In this document: positions 23,079 to 35,650 of the stretch, one piece after another
Layout: the number at the start of each line of letters is the position of its first letter
Numbering within the stretch: the stretch's first letter is position 1
NCBI RefSeq assembly: GCF_004010195.1
Contig: NC_057719.1
Location: forward strand, 83,726,827-83,790,826
DNA length: 64,000 bases
Source of the DNA: Chiloscyllium plagiosum
Lineage: Eukaryota
Direction of reading: 5' to 3'
The notes under the pieces: generated by a model
What the model was told of the DNA's origin: nothing
What the model saw: the letters and a program-made list of their open reading frames with translations, nothing else
Databases searched by the model: none
Program-made: the position numbers and the translations under genes

Positions 23079-25110
23079 TCTGAACCCACTGAATGAGAGA
23101 CCAGCTGAGGTGGAGGGGGTCCCAAATTTGTGCTGGACTTCCTCCAATTAAAGTTATGCAGCTTCCTCCAACTAATCGAGCCAAAACTACTTCAGTGGGA
23201 CATTGATTCATCAAGTTATTTGAAGTCAAGAGGGCTGAATCCGAGTATAGGTCTCAGCCTTCCTGTAGTCACTGATGTGTCAGATTAGACAGACAACAAT
23301 TATTCGTACTTATATAACACTTGAAAAGCAAATCTTCCCCCAGTGCTTCACATTGTCTTCTGGCACCTCACCTGTGACTGGGCATTGGCTAACATAGAAA
23401 ATTACAACACAGTACAGGCCTTTCAGCCCTTGATGTTGTGCAGACCTGTAGAACCAATCTGAAGCCCAACCAACCTACACTGTTCCATTTTCATCCATAT
23501 GTTTATCCAATGATCATTTAAATGTCCTTAAAGTTAGCGAGTCTACTACTGTTGAGGCAGGGTGTGGAATGCCCCTACTACTGAGTAAAGAAACTACCTC
23601 TGACATCTGTCCTATATCTATGTCCCCTCAATTTAAAGCTATATCCTCTCGTGCTAGCCATCACCATCCAAGGAAAAAGAACTCTCATTGTCCACCCTAT
23701 CTAACCCTCTGATTATCTTATATGTCTCAATTTGGTCACCTCTCAACCTTCTTCTCTCGAACGAAAACAGCCTCCAGTCCCTCAGCCTTTCCTCATAAGA
23801 CCTTCCCTCCATACCAGGCGACATCCTGGAAATCTCCTCTGCACCCTTTCCAAAGCTTCCACATCCTTCCTTTAATGCGGTGACCAGAACCGTATGCAAT
23901 ATTCCGAGTGCGGTCGCACCAGAATTTTGTACAGTTGCAACATGACCTCGTGGCTCCAAAACTCAATCCCTCTCCCAATAAAACCTAATACACGGTATGC
24001 TTTCTCAACAACCCTATCAACCTGGGTGGCAACTTTCAGGGATCTATGTACGTGAACACCGAGATCTCTCTGCTCATCTACACTGCCAAGAATTCTGAAC
24101 CCACTGAATGAGAGACCAGCTGAGGTGGAGGGGGTCCCAAATTTGTGCTGGACTTCCTCCAATTAAAGTTATGCAGCTTCCTCCAACTAATCGAGCCAAA
24201 ACTACTTCAGTGGGACATTGATTCATCAAGTTATTTGAAGTCAAGAGGGCTGAATCCGAGTATAGGTCTCAGCCTTCCTGTAGTCACTGATGTGTCAGAT
24301 TAGACAGACAACAATTATTCGTACTTATATAACACTTGAAAAGCAAATCTTCCCCCAGTGCTTCACATTGTCTTCTGGCACCTCACCTGTGACTGGGCAT
24401 TGGCTAACATAGAAAATTACAACACAGTACAGGCCTTTCAGCCCTTGATGTTGTGCAGACCTGTAGAACCAATCTGAAGCCCAACCAACCTACACTGTTC
24501 CATTTTCATCCATATGTTTATCCAATGATCATTTAAATGTCCTTAAAGTTAGCGAGTCTACTGCTGTTGCAGGCAGGGTGTGGAACGCCCCTACTACTGA
24601 GTAAAGAAACTACCTCTGACATCTGTCCTATATCTATCTCCCCTCAATTTAAAGCTATATCCTCTCGTGCTAGCCATCACCATCCAAGGAAAAAAACCTC
24701 TCATTGTCCACCCTATCTAACCCTCTGATTATCTTATATGTCTCAATTAGGTCACCTCTCAACCTTCATCTCTCGAACGAAAACAGCCTCAAGCCCCTCA
24801 GTCTTTCTTCATAAGACCTTTCCTCCATACCAGGTGACATCCTGGAAAATCTCCTCTGAACCCTTTCCAAAGCTTCCACATCCTTCCTTTAATGCGGTTA
24901 CCAGAACCGTATGCAATATTCCGAGTGCGGTCGCACCAGAGTTTTGTACAGCTGCAACATGACCTCGTGGCTCCAAAACTCAATCCTTCTCCCAATAAAA
25001 CCTAATACACGGTATGCTTTCTCAACAACCCTATCAACCTGGGTGGCAACTTTCAGGGATCTATGTACGTGAACACCGAGATCTCTCTGCTCATCTACAC
25101 TGCCAAGAAT
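23079..25110. repeat. Tandem duplication of a ~1015-bp unit (23079-24093 and 24094-25110)
   Basis: Direct alignment by eye; unit is about 315 bp of unique DNA plus about 700 bp of antisense CR1 3' end. Confidence 0.97.
23392..24093 (-). mobile_element. CR1 3' end (copy 1 of the duplication)
   Basis: RT C-terminal peptides in ORFs 23654-23959 and 23872-24162. Confidence 0.9.
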
Positions 25111-25555
25111 CTTACCATTAGCCCAGTACTCGGCATTCCGGTTGCTCCTTTCAAAGTGAATCACCTGACACTTTTCCACATTAAACTTTCAGCTAGCCAA
25201 TTTCTGATCCAAACTGCTAAATCACTCTCATTCCCGTGCCTCCATATTTTGTGCAATAGCCTACTGTGGGGAACCTTATCAAATGCCTTCCTGAAATCCA
25301 TATACACCACATCAAATGCTTTACCCTCATCCACTTACTTGGTTACCTTCTCAAAGAACTCAATAAGGTTTGTGATGCATGACCTACCCTTCACAAAACT
25401 GTGTTGACTATCCCCAATCAACTTATTTCTTTCTAGATGATTATAAATCTCTTATAACCTTTTTCAACAACTTACCCACAAATAAAGTAAGGCTCACTGG
25501 TCTATAATTCCCAGGGTTGTCTCGACTCTCCTTCTTGAACAAGGGAACAACATTT
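24407..25555 (-). mobile_element. CR1 RT and 3' end (copy 2; internal deletion near 25187)
   Basis: EKCQVIHF...VMLQLYKTLVRP peptides; extends 5' to the NVVPLFKK codons. Confidence 0.9.
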
Positions 25556-26992
25556 GGTGGTGCCACTATTTAAGAAAGGCAGTGAGGAAAAGCCAGGGGA
25601 TGGTAGACTGGTGGACAGGTTGTCAGAGGGGATCCTGAGGGACAGGATTTACAAGTATTTGGAAAGACAAGGACTGATTAGATATAGTCACGATGGCTTT
25701 GTGCGTGGGAAAACATATCTCATGAATGTGATTGAGTTTTTTTGAGGAAGCAACAAAGAGGATTGATGGAGGTAGAGTGGTGGACGTGATCTAAATGGAC
25801 TTCAGTAAGGCTTTTGACAAGGTTTCTCATGGGAGACTGGCTAGCAACTTTGGATCACATGGAATAAAGGAAGAACTAGCCGTTTGGATACCAAACTGAC
25901 TTGAAGGTAGACGACAGAGGGTAATGGCGGGGGGTTGCTTTTCAGACTGGGAGCCTATGACCAGTGGTGTGCCACAAGGTTCGGTGCTGGGTTCACAACT
26001 TTTCGTTATTTACATAAATGATTTGGATGTGAACATATTTTTTAAGTTAGCAGGCACAAAATTGGAGGTGTCATGGACAGCAAAGAAGGTTACCTCAGAT
26101 TACAACAGGATCTTGATCAGATGAGCCAATGGGCCAAGGTTTGGCAGATGGAGTTTAATTTAGATGAATGTGAGATGCTGAATTTTGGAAAAGCAAATCA
26201 GAGCAGGACTTATACACTTAATGGTAAGGTGGCGTTTGGTATGCTTTCCTTTATTGGTCAGAGTATTGAGTACAGGAGTTGGGAGGTCATGTTGCGGCTG
26301 TACAGGACATTGGTTAGGCCACTGTTGGAATACTGAGTGCAATTCTGGTCTCCTTCCTATCGGAAAGATGTTGTGAAACTTGGAAGGGTTCAGAAAAGAT
26401 TTACAAGGATGTTTCCAGGGTTGGAGGAGTTGAATTATAGGGAGAGGTTGAATAGGCTGGGGCTGTTTTCCCTGGAGCACTGGAGGGGTGACCTTATAGA
26501 GGTTTATAAAATCTTGAGGGGCATGGGTAGGGAAAATAGACAAGGTCTTGTCCCTGGGGTGGGTAAGTCCAGAACTAGAGGGGCATAGGTTTAGGGTGGA
26601 AGGGGAAAAATTTAAAAGAGATCTAAGGGGCAATTGTTTTGTGCATAGGGTAGTGTGTGTATGGAATGAGCTGCCAGAGGAAATGGTGGAGGCTGGTACA
26701 ATTACAGCACTTAAAAGGCTTATGGATGGGTATATGCTAAATTGCCCATAATGTTGGGTGCATTAGTCAGAGGGAAATGCGTCTGGGTGGGTTACTCTTC
26801 GGAGGGTCGGTGTGGACTGGTTGGGCTGAAGGGTCTGTTTCCACACTAGTGAATCTAATCATGAATAGGAAGGGTTTAGAGAGAAATGGCCAAGTGCTGG
26901 CAAATGGGAGTAGATTAGGGTAGGATATCTGGTCGATGTAGATGAGTTGGACTGAGGGGTCTGTTTCTGTGCTGTACAACTCTATGACTCTA
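25556..26992 (+). mobile_element. CR1 RT to 3' end, with an HE1 3' fragment inserted at about 26734-26859
   Basis: [17 protein letters not shown] and RGDLIEVYK peptides; the insert matches the HE1 tail. Confidence 0.92.
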
Positions 26993-27254
26993 AAAGCGTA
27001 ACCAGGACATAAGTGTTAAAGGAGGTCTTAAACCAAGGGAGAGAGGTGGCATTTATGGAGGAAAATCTGGAGCTTAAGACCTCTATACTGTACCTTTAAC
27101 TGTCCACCTCAGCTTTCAGAATTCCCCATCTGCCAAAGCAGATTGCCTGGACCCGGAAACATATTGCCTTGGTGGCACCCTACCTTCTGAGCATGACAAC
27201 TCCTAGCTGTCCATCATTGTTGTTGGCAATCACTCGCTAACAAGTACAGTTGTC

Positions 27255-27765
27255 TACCCAGGAAATTCCACGTCACTGGTCATTGGAACTGTGGGTCCTC
27301 GTGTGGCTGACGAGCCTGATCCTATAGCTGCATCTTCCACCATGCATTCGGCAACTGTTTCTGGGAGGTGGAAGTGGTCCTTGGTCTCAGGATCATTGGC
27401 ATTCCTTTCTCAGGTTCCTTTCCGATAATTCCTCTTTCTAGCAGGTGTTCTCGAAAAATTGTGTTCCTTCAGACAGGAGGTTCTTCCAAGTGGGTTTCTC
27501 CTCCCATGCATCGACGTCGATTTTGCATTTCTTGAGGGAAGTCTTCAGGGGCTCCTTGAACCCCTTCCTTCTTCATCCTTTCATTGGCGTGCCTTCCTCA
27601 AGGTGGGTGAAGATGATTTGCTTTGGCGGTCGGACCTCGGAACCCTGAGCATATGGCTGGCCCAGCAGAGTTGCTTTGGATATCATGGCCTCGATTGATG
27701 CTGGTGCAAATGGCTGCTTCAAGGATGTTCACGTTAGTACACTTGTCCTCGTGGGTGATGCGTTC
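27255..27765 (-). mobile_element. RTE-clade LINE 3' fragment
   Basis: Antisense QLCWASHMLRV..KQIIF..RRKGFKEPLKTSLKKCKI resembles the RTE RT C-terminus; homologous to 40735-41385. Confidence 0.8.
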
Positions 27766-28084
27766 AATAACTTCATCCTGACGTTAACTCTAGTTCTCAG
27801 CATTGAACAAGACAACACACTGAAATATTAACCTACCCCTCCGTTTAACAATGGCAACAGACTTCCTGTGTTCTCCTTTACTGAATCAAAATATAAAACA
27901 GAAGGACAAAGGTGAAGGAAAGTTGACAACTCTGGTTGGATTCATTCCCAGAGATAGCGTTATTATCAATCAGCGTTATTTTCACTCCACCTTCAATGGT
28001 TTGCTAGCGAACAAATTAAAGTTCAGAGAAAGCGGAAGAAAAAGCACTTTTTCTTTTCTGATTACATACAGCAGTGTCTAGGAG

Positions 28085-28250
28085 TGACATTCCTAGATAC
28101 TGCAGGTCAATCCTGGAAGGCTGGCAAAAGTAGTGAGAGAGGAGATGTACGCACAGAGAAATATGTTCGAGTTACAACATCCATCATTCTAAGTCATGTA
28201 AACTCTTGGAGTCAACACCACTGTTTTTAACTGGACAATCCATTTGGCTT
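28085..28250 (+). repeat. Old local duplication, copy 1 (copy 2 at about 29340-29507)
   Basis: Shared blocks cctggaaggctggcaaaag, agtcatgtaaactct, gtcaacacca and aatccatttggcttct in the same order. Confidence 0.85.
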
Positions 28251-28859
28251 CTTGAGAAGTTTCTAAGATTGTGAAGAGATTTCAAAGACTTTTTCTTTAA
28301 AAAGTAAGTTTCTGATGTTGAGGTATTATTCATATCTCAGAACTGGACTGCAGATAACCATCCCAATTCCACGTGGCCAATCTTACATTCCACCCGGCTT
28401 TGAACTGATATAAACGTAGAAATGCTGTGCTAACCAAACCACTTTCACCCAGCTCTGAAGAGTAATCGGAGTTATGAAATCCCCATTCAAATCTGGAGTT
28501 TTGATTAATCTTTGAAAGGCAGCTGAGCCTTCAATAGCTTCATTGGCTGCACTCTCAAACCTTTGGATACGAGTTTATGTTCTTCAGGATTCAGAACACT
28601 GGCAATTTCACAAGCAGCTGTGGAGGGGGAAGCAGCTGATAGCTAGCACACAGTGCAACCTTTGTGCTTTACTCTGGGAGCGTAAATCTATCCTGTTCAA
28701 TGGGCACAGCTTGGACTGGGCAGATAGTCGCCCAGAGCATACCATGTTGAGTCATGTAGTGGGTTCCTCATTGGTCAGGCACGTGTGATCGAACAGTTTC
28801 AGTGCCATGGGAAGAGGTCTGCCTGCAGTGAAATTGCAGTCATTATCCTTGAGAACAAA

Positions 28860-29330
28860 ATGGATTAGAAGCAGGCCACTTGGTTCCTTTAGATTGCTCC
28901 CACCATGTAATACGATCACACCTAGTCTGACTTTGACCTCAACTTCACGTTTCTGCTACTTCGAGGACCTTTGAGACTCTCATTGGTCAAGAATTTATCT
29001 CACTCTGCTTTGAAAATATCCAAAGGTGTCACATCTAGCCTTCCCTGGAGTGCACAGCTTCAAAGACTCGGGACCCTTCGAGGAAAAAAACTGCCTCATC
29101 CCCATCCTACATTAGCAACACCTTATTTGTAAACTGTGTGCCCGAGTTCTAGTCCCTCCAGCAGGAGAAAACCACCTTTCAGCATTCACCCTTTGAAGGT
29201 CTTATATGTTTCAATTAGATCACTTCTCATTACTTGTAAATGATAGATACACGCCCAATCGATTCAACCTTTCCTCAGATGAAAACTCCCCCAGCCCGGG
29301 TATCAGTTGAGCGAATCTTCTCTAATCTCT
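28860..29330 (-). mobile_element. Old CR1 (second family) 3' fragment
   Basis: Decayed colinearity with 17520-18000. Confidence 0.7.
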
Positions 29331-30242
29331 GAGGTTAACCTGTCATCCCTACAGACTGTAGTATAACCCTGGAAGGCTGGCAAAAGCAGCAAGAGAGGAC
29401 ATGTACCCATGGAAAAATACACCTGAGTCACGACATTCATCATTCAGAGTCATGTAAACTCTCGGGGTCAACACCATTTCTTTTTGTGGATAATCCATTT
29501 GGCTTCTCTAGAACACTGACGTCGCTCCTTAATTCAGGGGATCAAATTTGTACACTGGGTTTGTCCAACAGGTGACCTGCAGGCCAGAATGTGGCATGCC
29601 AAGTCCATGAATGCAGGAGTTGGAAAGTGGGATTAGTCTTACTAGCCCTTTATGGGGCAGCACGGACTCATTAGGCGAAATGGTGCCCTTCTCCTGCTGT
29701 AAATTTCTTTGAACTTGTTCATCGAGGCAGGATTCAATACCCATGCCAACACCTCATGGCATTTGGGAGCATCTGACTCCTGTGTTCCATATGGATTCCA
29801 GTTTATTCCTGGTGTGTGTGTGCTGCATCAACTGATCCCTGCTTCCAGTGCTGGGCTGAGGAGGGGACCCTCAAGTTCACAAATGTTGAAAAAAAGGAGA
29901 AGGAAGGAATACGCTACAGTTCTTGTTGCTAGTTCACAACCCAGGAAGGGCGTATGACAGTATCAGGTGAGGGTACATTCAGACAGGGTTAGAATGGTCA
30001 GATGATCCAGGTCAGGGTAAAGATCTCAGCATGGCTCAGTCTAAGATTCATCCCAGACCAGGAGCATAAAGTCAATAGCTAGCGGAATGGAGTCTGAGGC
30101 AGGGATCAAAGACACTATTTGCAGGTTGTGGGCTGTACAGGCTGTTGCTTCATTTAAGCATTAGCTCATCTGTCTGTTGATGGCAGCTCTTCAATAAAGG
30201 ACACCATTACCATGCACCAGGTGTCCATATTCCTACAAAAAT

Positions 30243-31560
30243 AGAGTGAGCGAGTGAGAATGAGAGTGATTGAGTGTGTGAGTCAATAAGTGAATAAGTG
30301 AGTGAGAGTGTGTGTGTTTGTGTGTGTGTGAGAGAGAGAGTGTGCGTGTGTGTGAGTGAGAGAGNNNNNNNNNNNNNNNNNNNNNNNNNNNNNNNNNNNN
30401 NNNNNNNNNNNNNNNNNNNNNNNNNNNNNNNNNNNNNNNNNNNNNNNNNNNNNNNNNNNNNNNNNNNNNNNNNNNNNNNNNNNNNNNNNNNNNNNNNNNN
30501 NNNNNNNNNNNNNNNNNNNNNNNNNNNNNNNNNNNNNNNNNNNNNNNNNNNNNNNNNNNNNNNNNNNNNNNNNNNNNNNNNNNNNNNNNNNNNNNNNNNN
30601 NNNNNNNNNNNNNNNNNNNNNNNNNNNNNNNNNNNNNNNNNNNNNNNNNNNNNNNNNNNNNNNNNNNNNNNNNNNNNNNNNNNNNNNNNNNNNNNNNNNN
30701 NNNNNNNNNNNNNNNNNNNNNNNNNNNNNNNNNNNNNNNNNNNNNNNNNNNNNNNNNNNNNNNNNNNNNNNNNNNNNNNNNNNNNNNNNNNNNNNNNNNN
30801 NNNNNNNNNNNNNNNNNNNNNNNNNNNNNNNNNNNNNNNNNNNNNNNNNNNNNNNNNNNNNNNNNNNNNNNNNNNNNNNNNNNNNNNNNNNNNNNNNNNN
30901 NNNNNNNNNNNNNNNNNNNNNNNNNNNNNNNNNNNNNNNNNNNNNNNNNNNNNNNNNNNNNNNNNNNNNNNNNNNNNNNNNNNNNNNNNNNNNNNNNNNN
31001 NNNNNNNNNNNNNNNNNNNNNNNNNNNNNNNNNNNNNNNNNNNNNNNNNNNNNNNNNNNNNNNNNNNNNNNNNNNNNNNNNNNNNNNNNNNNNNNNNNNN
31101 NNNNNNNNNNNNNNNNNNNNNNNNNNNNNNNNNNNNNNNNNNNNNNNNNNNNNNNNNNNNNNNNNNNNNNNNNNNNNNNNNNNNNNNNNNNNNNNNNNNN
31201 NNNNNNNNNNNNNNNNNNNNNNNNNNNNNNNNNNNNNNNNNNNNNNNNNNNNNNNNNNNNNNNNNNNNNNNNNNNNNNNNNNNNNNNNNNNNNNNNNTGT
31301 GCATATGAAAGAGAGTGTGTGTGTGTGAGAGAGTGTGCGTGTGTGTGTGTGACAGAGAGAAAGTAAGTGAGTGAGCGAGCAAACAAGTGAGTGATTTAAC
31401 GAGCTGGAGAGGTGGATAGAAAGAGTGAGAGAGAGAGTGTGAATGTGTGTGAGAGAGAGAGAGGAGAGAGAGTGAGAGAGAGAAGAGATAGAGTGATTGT
31501 ATGTGAGTGAATGTAGCGAGTGAGTGTGAATAATTTAGTAAGAGAGAGTGACTGAGGTAA
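30243..31560. repeat. (GA)/(GT)-rich compound microsatellite spanning assembly gap 30365-31297
   Basis: Direct inspection. Confidence 0.95.
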
Positions 31561-31989
31561 GAGCCAGATGCCTTCTATTCAGGAAAACCAATAACTATCT
31601 CTCTGAGAGATTCCAAACTAAGCCATTGGACTGACCGTATTCCCACTCTCTCCTGGCTGGCTTGTCACCTTTGACTCTATATAAACATCAAGTGGTCTAC
31701 AACTTTACTGAAGTTAACTCACACCCAGTCCTTGAACTCACTGATCTATATGGGCTACTGTTCCAGTAAAGCCTAATAAAACTTGCAGCCTTTTGTTCAG
31801 GTCTCTCCATTTTCACAGCCCTTACCTCTATGACTGATCGAGGAAGAAGAGAGCCTTTGTATAGCGTGGGAGTGCTCAGCAATGTTTTTCAAGAGGAATG
31901 GTGTAACGTTTACACAGTAAAGGTGAAGGACAAATTCTCAAATCTTGCGATTACTTCACCTCCTGTATCAGCTACCACTTAGTTGTAGC

Positions 31990-32350
31990 ACCCTTGACTG
32001 AGTCAGAGGTTAAAATCTCAATCCACAAACAGCAGCTGATGCCTCACAGCACTGAGGAAATGCTGCACTGTTGGAGTTGCTGTGTTTTTAGCTTAGATAA
32101 TAAACCAAAGTTCTATCATCCCTCAAAGATGGAAAGGACTCACTACTTCAGAAAAGACATTTGCCCTGTTATCCTGGCCAACAGCTATCCCTCAACTGAT
32201 GTTAAAACAGATTATTGGGTTGTTGTTACATTGCTATATATGGAGCTTGCAGTGACAAACTTAGCTGTCATCTTTCCTACTTTATTTCATTTCAAACATT
32301 GACTGTACATTGTGAGATCATTAAGTGCAAATGCTTCAGCAATACAAGCT
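31990..32350 (+). mobile_element. Deu-domain SINE with L2-like tail
   Basis: cagcactgaggaaatgctgcactgttggag...cctggccaac..tatccctcaac. Confidence 0.7.
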
Positions 32351-33664
32351 CCTTCTCCTCCACTTAGGCATCTACCAGGCAATTACAACTTCAGCTTGTG
32401 ACTGAGGTCTACACAGTGGGTTCAATCAATTTCAGCAGCTTGCAGGGGTACAACTAGTCTCAAAGCCAGAGGAAGGGAATTAGGGTTCCTGCACTGCATC
32501 ATTTCCAGTCAGGACTGCAGACCACATCAGGCTCAATTATGATGCTGCTTTGGATGAATAAAGGTGGAGAGAGCTGACTGGACCTTGGGAGAAGAACGGG
32601 ATTTGAAATGGTCCCAAAGTGACTTGTTCAGCAATGAAGTCTATTGTAGGCCTGGTAATCTGACACCCAAACCAGACAGGGGGCACAAAGCCATAGCTAA
32701 CTCACCAGCCACAATTATTAATGCGATCCGATAGTTGAGCAGACCAATCCCACTCAGCTCCTGATAGTTGGGCATTGGCTGGCAGAGACTGAGGGGCATG
32801 GCCTTCATTAGCCACTAATGTTCTTTTGGTGGAGGGCGTGGTCTTTAAATCTTTTGGACAAACAACCTCCCCAAGACTTGGATTAGTACAATGTGCCTAT
32901 TTGGAGGCTACGAGTGGATTCAGCCAGATGCTCGGCTCACCAATACCAAAAATCAAACAACATGCCTTTCACAGTCGAACAGCTTGAGGTACGGTTTTAG
33001 AAATAAAGAATCTCTGGACATGGCCAGCTCGAGGAGCCATTATGCTGATTCATACCTCAGTAAACAAAGAAGGGGAATGCAAAAACACCAGGGTTGTTGG
33101 CAGGATTGGAGATGCGAGGTGCTATTATCAGACAGAGGGGTTAATGTTCTGAAATATTGCAAGTGGAGGGTAAAGGTTTGTTAATGTTAGAGGTTCTGTG
33201 CATGGGGAGGGAAGAGTTAATGTTCATGACCCATGCTGGCGCTTGATCAGTAATCTATATCACACAATATAAAAAAAAAGTTCTATCTGCCTCTCTGGTT
33301 CCTGCTACAAAGAAGGTGGAAAATCATCAGCTGGGGCCCTGATCAGATTGTCGGAAGTCTGAAAATGTCACGATGGTTCGTGCTGAAATGTCAAATTTCC
33401 TGCCTTTGCAGATTTATCTCCCCCGCTCAGGTTGCAATGAACACTGTCTGCTCTCTCTATTTGCATATTTTTTTTTAAAAAACCTCTTAATAAAAAAGAC
33501 ATTTTTAAAAACTTCCTCTGGTCAATCATCAGCTGAATTTAAGCTAAACCAAACAGTCTTATGTCCTGCCTCATCCTGAGCTCAGCTTCCTCCCCTTACT
33601 TCTAATCTGTCTTCAAAGGCTTGTTCCCCTCACTATACTGCCCCATGCTTGCTCCTGACCAAAG

Positions 33665-34110
33665 AATCATTCAGCACAGAAAGAACAATCATTTTTGTAC
33701 TCTTTCCTCTGCAGAGTTAACGGATTAATCGCACTTCCTTTCCCTACGGTTCTCCAAGTGAAAAACAGTGCATCCCTAATCACTGGGTAAAATACATTCT
33801 CCTTCACTTCTGTTTGTTTTGACAATCACCTTAAATCTGCATCTTCCAGTTACTGGCCCACCTGCCTCTCTTTCAAGTCAAATTCCAGATTTTGAATGCC
33901 TTTATTAAAACTCCCCTAGATTCTCCTGCTTTAGGGAGAACTGTCCCAGCTTCTCTGATTCTGCCACAAAACCTGGATTCCCATAATTCAATATCGTTCA
34001 AATAAATCTCCACAATCCTTCTATGGTCTTGAGATCCTTTCTCAAGTGTGGTGCACAGAACTGACTGCAGCTGAACCCTAAGCTTACTGTTGTACTCCAA
34101 GCATCTGTTT
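33665..34110 (-). mobile_element. Highly decayed CR1 3' fragment
   Basis: Residual RGVLIKAFKI and VQLQSVLCTT remnants in ORF 33873-34145. Confidence 0.55.
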
Positions 34111-34199
34111 GTAGAGTCAAGCTTCCCAAGTGCCTTACAACTCAATTTGAGCTACCCAGCTCTAAAGTTGTGTATAATTACACACCATCACGGTATGGC

Positions 34200-34515
34200 A
34201 CGGGACAGCATTGTGGCTCAGGGATTAGCGCTGCTGCTTCAGAGCCAGGGACCCAGGTTTGATTCCAGTCTCAGGTGACTCTCTGCGTGTGGAGTTTGCA
34301 CATTCTCCCTGTCTCTACGTGCGTTTCCTTTGGGTGTTCTGGTTTTCTCTCACAGTCCAAGGATGTGCAGGTTAGGTGGATTGGCCATGCTAAATTGCCC
34401 ATAGTGTCCAGGGATGTGTAGGTTGGGTGGGTTAGCCATTGGGAATGCAAGGTTATAGGAAAGTGGGTCTGGGTGTGACGCTCTTCAGAGGGTCGGTGTA
34501 AACTCGATGGGCCAA
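34200..34515 (+). mobile_element. HE1/V-SINE-type SINE
   Basis: Head, V-core and tail match the reverse complement of 8911-9238. Confidence 0.9.
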
Positions 34516-34519
34516 TTCA

Positions 34520-34800
34520 CAGCTGTGTAGGAAACACAGCAAGTCTACTGGTGCACAGAGAATACTGACAAACAGCAATCAGGTAAATGTTTATCAGCAC
34601 CCCGTTGAGGAATAAATATGGGCCAAGGATCAGGGAGACATCCCTGCTGCGATCTAAAACAGTGCTATGAGATCTTTCAGCGTCCTGTGAAGACCTGGTT
34701 TAACATTTCAACTGAAACAGGGCACCTCTAATTGTGCAGCTTTGTACTGAAATGTCAGCCTGGATTTTTGTATTCCAAGAGTGAGGTTTGGCCCCACAAT
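34520..34800 (-). mobile_element. Deu-domain SINE fragment
   Basis: gttgaggaataaatat.ggcca and tgtactga..tgtcagcctggat are the antisense Deu core. Confidence 0.65.
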
Positions 34801-35149
34801 CTAATTCACAATCGAGGGCACTCCATCCACAGGAAAATATCACACGGTGTAGCCAACATGTACAGCTTCACTTCCCATCAAGGCTGGGTTTCCTTCAGGA
34901 CACTGGGCTAAGGTTACTGCGACACATTCCCAACTGCATCCCAAGCCTTGCCAGGCTCCACATTAAGTTTCCTTTGTCTTTGCCTCCACCCCAAAGCTCT
35001 CCTGAACTTCCTCTCTCTCCATCTTTTGAGATTTTCTCTGGCCTTACAATTGCACTCACACCTTCCCCAAAAACTGGTTTCACTGCCACTCCCACTGCAC
35101 CATCAACCGCAATGCTTTCGCCCACTGCAAATCTCAGCCTCTCAGGCCA

Positions 35150-35650
35150 TCTTTGATTTATTTATTGGTTAGATTTATTTATTGTCACGTGCATCTTATT
35201 ACAAAATACAGTGCTGTATAGTGTCGCCACTCTCAAGCACCATCTTAAAACACAAAAGTAAACCAAAACATGGAATATAAAGGCAGAAAAATGAAGAAAT
35301 ACATGAAGTATCCAACTTTACGGGTCCATCTTGTTGAGTGCTCCATAATGGGCCTGGTGGCCAGGCACGCGACCCCTCACTGTGCTGCTGCAGCAACAAA
35401 AGTCACCCACTCTTTGGTGCCATTGACACCCTCGCCACTATGAGTCCTCGACAGATCTCACCAATGCAGAGCCACCGATGCCATCGGGTACCACACTGGC
35501 TGAAATTTGACTCTGTGTCTGCTTCGGGCCCACCTTGCCGATGACGCCGCTACTGATGCCACTGGGTCTCTTGCTGGGCTCAAACCCAGCTTCACTGCTG
35601 CCTCCATGAATCTGCACTGGAAGCAGAAGCCACGTCTCACCACAAAACAC
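35150..35650 (-). mobile_element. Non-autonomous element with Rex1-like tail and GC-rich body
   Basis: Tail block shared with 7695-7930; right boundary uncertain. Confidence 0.45.

Noticed and set aside
23015..23083. Possible + strand terminal exon NNLHRENFCGPSTDCMLSPLGI*, in phase with 22080-22222, and a vague TNF-receptor-tail resemblance
   Set aside because: The upstream pyrimidine tract comes from the Penelope cassette at 22908-23005; no cysteine-rich or transmembrane exons were found; similarity is too weak to name a gene
30207..31386. Long ORFs of 336-391 aa
   Set aside because: Artefacts of translating the N gap and the flanking microsatellite
31678..31925. TATATAAA followed by a short ATG frame (MTDRGRREPLYSV...)
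   Set aside because: No supporting promoter or homology evidence; compatible with chance
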